Shown here one piece after another: positions 21,355-31,382 of a stretch of DNA of 64,000 nt. Within the stretch, counting starts at the first letter, position 1; every line of letters begins with the position of its first letter. Under the pieces are notes generated by a model, which worked only from the letters and a program-made list of their open reading frames with translations, had not been told where the DNA came from and searched no databases. The DNA is taken from contig JAIVFI010000012.1 of the NCBI GenBank assembly GCA_025558095.1, positions 248,001-312,000 on the forward strand, in the 5' to 3' direction. The DNA comes from Hyaloraphidium curvatum SAG 235-1. Lineage: Eukaryota > Fungi > Monoblepharomycota. The position numbers and the translations under genes were made by a program.

Positions 21355-22550
21355 CCCGGAGGGGAAGCCGTGGAGGCGGAATATTTCGCGAAGGAAGAGC
21401 CGAGCGGTGTCGTCGGCGGAGAAGTCCTTCCGCGCGCCAGCGAAATGAGCCTGCTTGGTCGACCGATCGGCCACGACGAGCACGGCGTCGAATCCCTCGG
21501 ACTGGGGCAGGTCCGTGACGAAGTCCATACTGATCGAACGCCAAGGTCCGTCCGGAATTGGAAGTGGCTGGAGAAGGCCGTGCGGGGCATGGCGCGGGGC
21601 CTTGGTTCGCGTGCACGTCTCGCAGCTCCGAATGTAGCGGGCGACGGTGTCCCAAACACGCGGCCACCAAAAATCTCGCAATATGAGCTCCACAGTCTTG
21701 CGAATTCCGAAGTGGCCGGCAGTAACGGCATCGTGGCGGGTTCGGAGAAGCTCCGTCCGAGACTTGCCGGCCGGCACGAAGATGAGACTGTTGCGGTAGA
21801 GAACGCCATCGAGAAGATGGAAACGAGAAACGGACGCGTCGTGAGCCTCCAGAAGAGCGATAATGCGACGGGCGAATGGGTCCTTGGCCGTATCGCGACG
21901 GATCATGTCCAGGAAATCCAACGAAGTCGCGTGGAGCGCGGCGACCAGGTGCGGCCCGAGGAGCGTGACGCGCTGTTGCGTAGAGACATCGTCGAAGTTG
22001 CCCGGAACGTAGTCGGAGCGGCGAGAAAGCGCGTCGGCGACGACTTGATCGGTGCCGGGTCGATGCTTCAAAACAAAGTCGTAGCCCGCGAGGGTCATGG
22101 CCCATCGAGCCTGACGGCGATTGAGCATCTGCTGCTTCATGAAGAACTCCAGGTTCTTGTGATCCGTGAAGACGTCGACTTTATGTGGGCTACCCTCGAG
22201 GTATCGCCGCCACGCCTTGAACGCGTCGACAACTGCGAGTAGCTCCTTGTCTTAGATCGGGTAGTTGATCTCCGCCGGCTGGAACTTCCGGGAAAGAAAC
22301 GCCACGGGATGCATAAGCCCGTCGTCGGGGGCGGGCTGCGACAGCACGGCTCCGAGGGCGAAGTCGGAAGCATCTGCCTCGACTGTGTACGGAACGGCTG
22401 GATCGGCGTTACGCAGGAACGGAGCCGAAGTGAAAGCGGATTTGAGCGCATCGAAGGCTGCGCGAGCTTCCGGCGTGAAACGGAACGGATCGCCCGGCTT
22501 GAGCTTAGTGAGGTCCGTGAGCGGAATCGCGGGGTGGCAAAGTTCGCGGC
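21355..22550 (-). mobile_element. Degenerate Ty3/gypsy LTR-retrotransposon pol fragment (RT connection, RNase H, integrase N-terminus)
   Basis: VEADASDFALGAVLSQ, YPI*DKELLAVV (TAA at 22252-22254), TDHKNL, RQARW, HHCC zinc finger H..AGH..CETC, ISMDFVTDLP. Truncated after RLHGFP. Boundaries approximate; no LTR seen. Confidence 0.92.
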
Positions 22551-22700
22551 ACAGCCCGGCCGGCGGGGTTTGGACGGGTGCCGACGGCCGCAACAACCTG
22601 GGCTTGCCGCAGGGAGACACAGCTCGTGCTGTGGGAGCCACCCGCGTGCGAGTGACCACCGGACGCTTCGCCAGGCGCACTAGGGCGCGTTCGGGTTGCG

Positions 22701-24543
22701 ATGGCCCGGCCTTCGCGGGATTCGGCCCGCGCCAGGTCTGCGCGGTCCGCCGGAGTCGCATTGGTCGTCTTTTCCACCTTCTTGAGCCTCCTCGCCTCGC
22801 GCGCGCACGGAAACGAAATCGTTTGCGGGCTGAAGTACAAGCTGACGACAATCAAAGGTCTCGTCGAAGCGGACAAGAGCGTCGCGCTGTTCCCGGACTC
22901 CATGGTCCGCCCGGCGAGGTCGAATCCCCCCAATCCCCTCAACTGGTTCGGCAAGCCGACGACTCTCGGCAGAGGACAGTTCGGGGTCGTGCGCCTCGCC
23001 GCGTTGAAGGGCTCGGTGGCATCGGACTACGACAAAGAGCTGGCCGGACCGGACCAACCTGCGCCAAAAGAGAGGCTGTTCGTGATCAAGCGTTCCTCCT
23101 ACGAGGCAGAAAAGGTCAACATGCCGGCCATGCAGCGGATCGAATGGGAGAGGGTCACGGCACCTCGGATTATTGAGGCGGTCAATGGCGGGCCGTTCAT
23201 CATCAAGACCTGGGCGACGTGGACGTGGCCGGTGAAGCCGAAACAAGGTTTCAAATTCATTGACATCAACTACGAGCTCTACGCGGCCGTAACGCCTGGA
23301 ACCGGAGACTTGGTCGCCGAAATTGAGGGCAAGGGCAAGTGGTTCCAAACCGGCCAGACCCCCGCGATTCCGCTGGCCAAGGCGCGGGAGCTCATCGCCA
23401 AGCTGGCTCTGGCAATCGGCTACATCCACGGGAAGGGCATCGTCCACAGGGACATCAAGCCGGACAACATTATCATGTCGTTGACCGGGGAGCCGATGCT
23501 TGCGGACTTCGGATCTGCCATTCACGGAAGCGTAGGCGGCTTTGGGTGCCCCGGTCCGCCTATCGTAATTGCGGGTTTGCTCCCTCAATAGGACCTTGCC
23601 AAGTGGACTCGCCAGACCATTATGATCGCGGCTGGCGGGGACCGCCGGTTCACGGCCCCAGAGGTCCGCAGATTCGACTGCACGGGAGGGAGCGCAGCGA
23701 CCGAAAGGAAAGCGCCATGTGGGAACACCGATCTCGGTTGTTGAACGAATCTCTTACTGGCGGATGTCTGCTCCAGATGGGCGAGGTAGCGACTGGTGGT
23801 CCCTCGGAAGTACGTTGTTGGGAGATTCGGTGTTGCCACCCACCAATCTGACCACCGGCGTCCCCTTCAGTCGTCGCCTACTTCATCCTCATTGGCGAGG
23901 CCCCGGGCAAGTTTGTGCCCTACGACAACTTCCCGTTTATCGAGGAGATTGTCTCAAACAAGAACGACGTTGGGGGGTCCTTTTGCTCGGTACGTTCTCT
24001 GCTCTCGTGATGCTGCTCGGAATGCTCATGGCCATACACATAGTGGAGTCCCAAGTATCTGGACGAGACCAAGCTGGCCAAGATCGGGAACGCCAACGCA
24101 ATCGATTTCGTCCGGCGGCTGCTCGTTGCTGACCCGAAAAAGCGGCTCGGCCGCTATTCGTCAAACAAGCTTGTAGTTCAGGGTACGTCATTTTGTCAAG
24201 GTGTTCTATGCTCCCTGATTGAGCTAACTGGCCTCCGTTGCATGGTACGACAGGATACCAGCAGGTCCTGTGCCACCCGTTCCTGAAATCCGTCTCCAAG
24301 AAGCTCCTCCTCCAAACCGGCCTGCGGTTCGCGGAAGCCATCAACGAGCCCATCGCATGGCCGAGCTCGGACGCAAGCAACCCGGACGCGGACTGGGACG
24401 AGCTCGGCATCACGCCGCCGCAGCCAAGTCCGCCGAACCAGCAGCCCCCGGTGATGCAGGACAACTCCCAAGCGCAAAAGAAGAAGAACGTCGAGGACTA
24501 CTACACCACGATGCCGCCCATTCCGGGGGTCACCGATGTGTAG
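22701..24543 (+). CDS. Ser/Thr protein kinase (AGC-like) with N-terminal signal peptide/anchor, multi-exon
   Basis: LGRGQFGVV, FVIK, HRDIKPDN, DFG; after splicing FTAPE, DWWSLG, DFVRRLLVADPKKRLG and HPFL. First intron 23532-23591. Confidence 0.85.
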
Positions 24544-24837
24544 TTCTATATCATGCACTTGTATCGTTCAGCTTAAGCGAAAGTCACGTCCGTTTACAGA
24601 TTCGACGACGCTTCACGGGCCCCTCCACCCCACGAACGCGCCGATGATGGCCCCTTCAGCTGCGCCCACATGCCCTCGCCTGCGGGAAGAAGCAGAGAGA
24701 ATGGCACAAGTTAAGAATTGGCGCGACAGGCAAGCACTCCTGCGGATCGCGACTGTCCTGGAACCCACCGGGAAGGCCGATCGCACGCGCAAAGAAAAGT
24801 CTATCTGTGAGTCGAAACCTCTACGGATCCGATCCCT

Positions 24838-26628
24838 CTACCTGGCCTCCCTGTTCAGCAGGCACAGCCTCGCCACGAACTCGTGCAGCCTGTCCACGAA
24901 CTTCATCTCCCTCCCCCGCTCCTCCGTCCCGTCCGGCGCTACAAACACCCTGTCGATCCCCACCCCCCCGATCCCGTCCCCTCTCGCGCGCAGCCTGTCC
25001 AAGCGGCGCATCCACCTTCCCATCGCCTCCAGCGCCCTCCCCGCCTGCGCGAACCCCTCGACCAGCACGAAATCGTGGCACGCCTCGCCGTACACCTCGT
25101 GGCGCACCCATTTGCGGCCGCGGGCTGCGTTGTCGGCCGCGTACCGGTCCGCGAGGAGCACCGAGTCGTCGAGCATCTGCTCGTGCGAGGCCGACTGGAT
25201 GAGGACGGGGGGGAAGAGGGAGAGGTCCGCGGTGCGGACGCCCGAGACGAGGGGGTGGAGGATGAGGGAGAGGAGGGCGATCTCGGCGGAGAGGCGGGTG
25301 GGTTGGTGCGGGGCGGTGGTGGCGGGACCGGCCGGGCCGGCGCTCCGCGAGGGTGTCGGGGGCGGAGAAGGGAAGGAGCCGTCGCGGCCGAGACTGCTGC
25401 GGGCAGCAAGCGAGCCGTCCAAAGAGGCTTTGAGGGAAGAGGCTTCGGCGGGCGATGGGGGTGGTGTCGAAGGCACGTGCATGCTGAAAGACGATGCCCT
25501 CGTGATGAGTGGATGCCTCCTCGCCGGCCGTGGCAGGCCTCTCGTCGTATGCGGCCCCGCAACCTCTGGATCCAGCCGGGCAAGCCGCTCGCCCGCCGCG
25601 TATGCGGTCCCGAGCCTCGTCTGCCTGGGCACGCTGTCGAAGCCGTTGACGTACGCCCAAGCGCAGTTGATGCTGCCGTCGTAGATCCTGTCCAGCATGC
25701 TGTTCATGACGGTCCGCGGGACGGTGTCGATCCAGCCGTTGGTGTCCCACGACTTGTTGCAGTGCGTCAGGTCGAACCAGCCCGAGTGGAGGATCAGGCC
25801 GCCGGGCATGGCAAAGGCGGGCGTGCGGTCGGGGTTGAGGAGGAAGCTGCGGAGGTAGACGGCGGCGGCGAGGGCGATGTTGCCGCCCGCGCTGTCCCCG
25901 AAGAAGACAAGGTCCTCGGGGTCGTACACGGGGAGCTGGTGGCCCATGCCGATCCTGGCCGCCTTGAAGGCCGGGTTCGATGGGTCCGTGAGGTACAAGT
26001 ACGCGGCAAACACGTCGTGGATGGCGGCCGGCCACGGCCTCTCGGGCGGCTTCCTGTACTCGACCGTGAGCACGTCGGCCTCGGTCTCCTTGGCCATCCG
26101 CGCCGCGAACCCGCGGTACATGGAGATGGTGCAAAATGCAAAGGCCCCGCCATGCACGACGATGATGCACTTGCGCCGCTTGCCCTTCTCGACGTCCACG
26201 GCCGTGTACCACTCGGCCGTCAGCCGGTACTCGTGCTCCTCCTTCCTGGGCAGGGACGGCTTCCCCGAATCCAAGTCAAACTCGACCTCCTCGGGCACAA
26301 AGTATCCCTGGAAGCCCTCGGGGAACATGCGGCGCGTTCTCCGCTCGTGCGAAAGTAGGGATGCCACGTCGACAGTCCACTCGATGCCCAGCACGCGCAG
26401 GCCGTCCTTCTCGGCGGCGGCGATCCTGCCCGCGGCGGCGTCGACGAGCCGCTCGATGCGCCGCACCTTCGGCACGGTGTGTTTGCGCTTCACGTCGAGC
26501 GCGCACTTTGTTGCGGCGACGGTGAGCGCGTACGACAGCGTCCACGACGGCAGCGGCGGGCCGCGCACCGCGAACCGGAACAGCGCGCCGAGCACCGTGC
26601 ACGTGAGCGCGTATAGCAGCTCGAGCAT
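24838..26628 (-). CDS. Alpha/beta hydrolase, HSL/GDXG lipase-esterase family
   Basis: VHGGAF, EYRKPPE.PWPAAIHD, GDSAGGN and HDF motifs. Confidence 0.92.
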   Translation of the reverse strand: MLELLYALTCTVLGALFRFAVRGPPLPSWTLSYALTVAATKCALDVKRKHTVPKVRRIERLVDAAAGRIAAAEKDGLRVLGIEWTVDVASLLSHERRTRRMFPEGFQGYFVPEEVEFDLDSGKPSLPRKEEHEYRLTAEWYTAVDVEKGKRRKCIIVVHGGAFAFCTISMYRGFAARMAKETEADVLTVEYRKPPERPWPAAIHDVFAAYLYLTDPSNPAFKAARIGMGHQLPVYDPEDLVFFGDSAGGNIALAAAVYLRSFLLNPDRTPAFAMPGGLILHSGWFDLTHCNKSWDTNGWIDTVPRTVMNSMLDRIYDGSINCAWAYVNGFDSVPRQTRLGTAYAAGERLARLDPEVAGPHTTRGLPRPARRHPLITRASSFSMHVPSTPPPSPAEASSLKASLDGSLAARSSLGRDGSFPSPPPTPSRSAGPAGPATTAPHQPTRLSAEIALLSLILHPLVSGVRTADLSLFPPVLIQSASHEQMLDDSVLLADRYAADNAARGRKWVRHEVYGEACHDFVLVEGFAQAGRALEAMGRWMRRLDRLRARGDGIGGVGIDRVFVAPDGTEERGREMKFVDRLHEFVARLCLLNREAR

Positions 26629-27487
26629 TGCACCGACAGCGGGGCGGGAACGCCGCGGGGAGGCCGCCGCGGTGGCGCCATGGTTCGAGCGCGACGGTGT
26701 TTTGGAGACGCGTCGGTTGCCGTTTCCAAGCCAAACTCCGCCGACGTTTCAGCTAAGGCCTCCCTTTCGTAGCGGTGACCTTCAATAGAAATGCGTTGGC
26801 ACGGTCCTTGTCTTGCGACGGTGTGGATTCCTCGTTGGGGCCCGTCCGTCCCGTCCTCCCGCGAGCCTGATCTCCATCCGGGCGTCGGCCGACACCCCGC
26901 GCTCTGACGGTCTGTCGCTTTCTGTGAATGCACTTGCCTGCACCTTGCGGGTGCACTTGCTACCATCTACGTCGTCCGATCTTGGCTCCGTCCGTCGGTT
27001 TCCGCGACTTGCCGTTTCGGCCAAATGACAGGGGTTCCGTGAGGATCCCCTAGTATGACGACGCCAATTGAGCAATTGAGGGACATCAAACGCTCACCTC
27101 CGCTGTCCCCTTCAGCCAGCCCTGCCCATCGCCTTCTTCTTCGCCGCTTGACGCTCATACTGGTCCGTTCTTTTCCTGTTCCCCGCCCCACGGCCGTGCC
27201 GTGCGGGGGGCTTTCACGTGGCGCGACCTCGCGACCCACCTCGACAGCAGCCGGCTATGACCTCGTAACCAGAAGCCGGACAGAAATGTCCGTAGTTCAT
27301 TTTTGATCCAAGATAAACACTAGGTGAGAGAGGCGAGGAACCCTTCTTGGATGGCCGTACGCAATGCCAGGCCTTCGGGCCACATCCGAGGGCTGGTGCG
27401 TGACCGTGGGACTGCCGCCCGGCCAAGCCTTGTCTTCGGTTTCTTTGACCCGCTGAAGGTGCAACTGCTCAGTCTAGCGGACAGATT

Positions 27488-28666
27488 ATGCCGCGGCCTT
27501 TGTTGCCCATTGCGGGTCCCACGGCGCGGGCCCTAGCGGCAGCCAGTGCGCTGCTGGCAGTCAGTGCCCTGCTGTTATCTTTGGCTTCCTGGGACCTCTT
27601 GTGGCGATGGTCTTTCCGGAGCGACCGCGCCAACGGAGCCGTTTCGCGTGCGTTGCCGTCGCATCAAGCTTCTTCCGCCGCCTCAATCGACGCCGGCCAA
27701 CCGCGCGTCACCCCGCGGTTCGCGTACCTGATCCAGGCCGCACGGAGCAACATCGGCCACGTACCGCGACTGCTGCGGGCCATACACCGGCCGGAACACA
27801 CGTACGCCGTGCACGTGGACCGCAAGGCTACCGACATGCCCGAGTACGCGGCCGTGCTGGACCTGGTTTCGCGGGCCCCGTACCGGGACAACGTGCACCT
27901 CATGCCGTCGACCTTGGTGACATACACGGGCATATCGCAGATCCTCAACACCATTGAAGCGATAGAGTTGCTGCTCGGAAAGTCGGCGGGATGGACACAC
28001 TTTATCAACCTGAGCGGGGCCGACTACCCCCTGATTGCCCAGGAGGACTTTGCCCAGATCCTGCGGAACGAGTCTTTGGACGCGCAGGGCCGTCCGACGA
28101 ACGTCAGCTTCATACAAGTGTGGGCCAATTCCCCATCTGCGAAGAGGTGGCACGTGCTGGCCTCGGACCCCGCTCTCCTCGACCTGGACTCGGATATTGT
28201 CGTCCATCATTCGAGCAGGAACAAGCTCGTCCCCAAGCTCCCGTACCTCGTCGGCCCGGCCTGGGTGATCCTGCACCGCGAGCTTTGCGAAAGCATCGCC
28301 GGCTCGCCGGAGATGCGGAGGCTGCTCCTGGCCATGGCGAGCACGAAGGTCCCGGAGGAGGCCGTCTTTCAGAATTTCATCACTTGGACCGAGACGGGCC
28401 GGCGGTTCGCGGGGAAGGTGGCGGATGACTGCCTGCGGTACGACGAGCCCATTCCGGGGGAATCGCACACGAGGTGGCTCGTGAACGCATCGCAGGTGGA
28501 GCGGGCGGTGAGCAGGGGGGCGGTCTTTGCGCGCAAGTTCACGGCGGAGAGCTCGATGCCGGATTACGTGGATCAGCTGCAGAAAGAGAGCAGAGAGCAG
28601 ATCATGGAAGCCGTCAGACGCCGCGTGGAGAGGGCGGTCAAGCTGATGCAGGGGAAGGATGGTTAG
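27488..28666 (+). CDS. GT14 core-2/I-branching glycosyltransferase (xylosyl/glucuronosyltransferase-like)
   Basis: N-terminal TM; FAYLI, VHVDRK, WTHFINLSGADYPL and FARKF. Confidence 0.9.
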   Translation: MPRPLLPIAGPTARALAAASALLAVSALLLSLASWDLLWRWSFRSDRANGAVSRALPSHQASSAASIDAGQPRVTPRFAYLIQAARSNIGHVPRLLRAIHRPEHTYAVHVDRKATDMPEYAAVLDLVSRAPYRDNVHLMPSTLVTYTGISQILNTIEAIELLLGKSAGWTHFINLSGADYPLIAQEDFAQILRNESLDAQGRPTNVSFIQVWANSPSAKRWHVLASDPALLDLDSDIVVHHSSRNKLVPKLPYLVGPAWVILHRELCESIAGSPEMRRLLLAMASTKVPEEAVFQNFITWTETGRRFAGKVADDCLRYDEPIPGESHTRWLVNASQVERAVSRGAVFARKFTAESSMPDYVDQLQKESREQIMEAVRRRVERAVKLMQGKDG

Positions 28667-29480
28667 GACGTATTCATACGGCGCAGTCAGCGCTACATAC
28701 AAGCATCCATCATCGGAGCTATTCCCCCCCTGGACCTGGCGGAAGAAAGCGAGCAACGTTGCCAGGATCTTCCGCCGACACGATCTTCAACCGCTCCACC
28801 ACCGCCGGTCGACGTCACAGCGACTTCACGTAAGGTGCTCTCCGTGGAGCAAGCAGAACAAAGAGGAATGTGCTTGAGGTGAAGTGTCGGACTCCAGAAA
28901 GATGTGGAAGCACTAGACCATTGTGCACCACATCACAAGGGCAAATAAGCATAGAAGCAACAAATCGGACAATGGATGCAGCTGCGGAGGCCGAGTATGT
29001 ATTCGATAAGGCTGTCGCACCCCCGCCCGTAGCCTGGCCGCGTTCCTCGGGCAGAGGCGGAGTTCCTCCACTTCACCCTCACGAGTAATCGACCAATGCC
29101 GATGGGGAAGTGCTCGGCTGCTGTTGAGTACTGAGTTACTCCGCAGTGGTGCCGGATAGAAGCGATAGCCGGATGTACGTCGTATGTAGGGCTGGAGTTC
29201 TCAGTTGATTTCTGCGGAAACTGTCTCCCACGGCCGCCGCCCCGGTCCATTAACACGATGGCCACTCCTTTTCAGCTACACGTTCCTGATGTCATAGGAC
29301 AGTTTGTTGCTTTCTTGCCGCGGTTTTTGACGGCAGTGCTTCGCCGGCGTGGATACCCCCCCAGTCGACGCCGGCGTAACGGCGTGGCACCGTCTGCTGT
29401 TGGGGCGGACTGTTTCAGCCCGCGCAGACCGGTTGGCGCACTGCAGGATACCTAGTTTGACCATCGGCATCGGCACGGAA

Positions 29481-30911
29481 ATGGCTCCTGATCCGCCATC
29501 GCCGACGCCGTTCCCCTTCACGGACCGCGAATGGGTTACGCTTTTCCCCGTGGCGCCGCCTGCGCTGCCGCTCGCGCCGCCGCTGCTGGACCCGGCGAAG
29601 GAACTGCGCGAAGCCGAAGCGCTGACCGCCGAGGGGCTACTGGCCGCGTTGAACGCCGCGAGCCCGCTGCGGCGCGCAACTCAGCTGCAGCTGCTCGCGG
29701 GCAAGCTGACCCGGTGGCCTCTCGCCGTGTTCTTTGTTTATGCCTGCCTCTCTGCAGCTGCGGTGGGCTGCGTCGCGCCGCTGCTCGCCGATGTCGTGGC
29801 CCCGCAGCAGCTCGCAGTCGGCGTGACCTGCGTTTTGCTTCAGTCGTTTGTCTGGCTGCCCATCGCCGCCCTGTCGGTGCGGTTCCGCGCCCGTATCCAG
29901 CAGGCCGCGAACCCGCACGAGCTTTCCGGCCACCCGCTCGCTATCGTGGCACGCTGGTTGCAGCTCGCGACCCGCCAGGAGCGCGATCTTCTGGCGCACG
30001 ATCCGGCTGACTCGCTCTGCCCGTGTGCAAAATCCGCATGTGCGGGGAACACGCCCACGAATGCGTTCCGTCTCCGCATTTTGGAGCTCGTCGGCCAGTT
30101 TTCTGTGCTTTTGACTGCCCTCATCTTCACCTACTGGACGTCATTTAGCGCCCCGGGAGCGTTTTCTGCGCAATGGTGGGTCGGCTTCACAGGAGTACTG
30201 GCTCTCGTGTGGATGTCGATGCCCATGTTCTCCAACGTTCTCGGCCGCGCGTCGGCAGGTACTCCATCCCTCTTGCTTTCCCTCCGGTTGCACCATCGCG
30301 CCGTGACGATTGTCTTGGGCGGGCTTCTGGACCGGTACCGCACCGCGCTCCAGCACGGGGGGACCGTTCCGGACGAAGCTTCGGAGCCGTATCTGGTGCT
30401 ACTCCCGGCCCTCGCTTCGACGTGGGAAACCCGCTTTCCCATCCCCGTCTCGGGCGGCCCTGCACTCTTTGGCCACGGCGTGGTCCCGCTCATGCTTGCC
30501 CTCGTCAACGCCGCCTCGGGGTCCTGCATCCCTCTCTACACGATCCTCCCCCCTGTGTACGCCTTCATCATGCTGATCCAGGATCTCGTCAACTTTTCCG
30601 TCGCCAACTCTCAGGTATCGGCCGTCGCCCGCCTTGTTTCGGACTGCCGCCGCGAAGTTCGCGCCCTCCTTGTGCTCGCCGGCCCCGATCCTTCCCCTTA
30701 CGCCGCCCGCGCCCTGGAGCGGCACCTCGATCTGCTCGCCTCGTTCGAAAACGCCGAGCCGTACCAGGCCCGATTCCTGGGCTTTCCTGTGGGGTTTGGC
30801 ATGCTCCGAACCGTGCTCGCCACCGTCTTGACGGTGTGCATCGGGATGGGGACGCTGCTGAGGAGCTCGGGGGTGAGGCTCACGACGCTGTTTGCGTGTC
30901 CGGCCGGCTGA
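29481..30911 (+). CDS. 7-TM membrane protein, divergent third paralog of the family at 4861-8705
   Basis: Shares HPL...RW, H.P...CPC....CAGN, G.CIP, AN..V and ARFLGFPVGFGMLRTVLATVLTV with copies A and B; intact and intronless. Confidence 0.85.
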   Translation: MAPDPPSPTPFPFTDREWVTLFPVAPPALPLAPPLLDPAKELREAEALTAEGLLAALNAASPLRRATQLQLLAGKLTRWPLAVFFVYACLSAAAVGCVAPLLADVVAPQQLAVGVTCVLLQSFVWLPIAALSVRFRARIQQAANPHELSGHPLAIVARWLQLATRQERDLLAHDPADSLCPCAKSACAGNTPTNAFRLRILELVGQFSVLLTALIFTYWTSFSAPGAFSAQWWVGFTGVLALVWMSMPMFSNVLGRASAGTPSLLLSLRLHHRAVTIVLGGLLDRYRTALQHGGTVPDEASEPYLVLLPALASTWETRFPIPVSGGPALFGHGVVPLMLALVNAASGSCIPLYTILPPVYAFIMLIQDLVNFSVANSQVSAVARLVSDCRREVRALLVLAGPDPSPYAARALERHLDLLASFENAEPYQARFLGFPVGFGMLRTVLATVLTVCIGMGTLLRSSGVRLTTLFACPAG

Positions 30912-31382
30912 ATGGTTGGGCGGGGTTGTATGGGGCTTGGAAGCGCATTTAGGGACCTGGTGCTTCTCTTGGTATACGTCTAGTTTTGAAGATGCACTAG
31001 TTTGCTGTATGCATCTAAGATGCGAAGATCTGAGCCTCCTAGCTCTTGAACGTCCATCCATCAACGAGCGCATCCATTCCATACACGCGCGAACGAAGAG
31101 CCCAAACAACACCGAGGCTATTCCTCTTCAACTTGAAGGCATTCGTTTGTGCCGGACGTGCGGATGTCGAGGAAAGCGGTTCCGCTCAAGTTCGCATCCT
31201 CACGCAATGCTCTCCATGAAGCAAGCGGAACAAGAGGAGGGCATTTTCGGTGAAGCGCACACTTCGCGCACACCGGCTGTGGCCGCGCCATTCGAACAGA
31301 TCAAAATTCGTCAATTAGATCCCGTTACATGGGATTCCATTCGAGTGATGGACATAGTCTAGATGTTAATAAGGATATTCCC

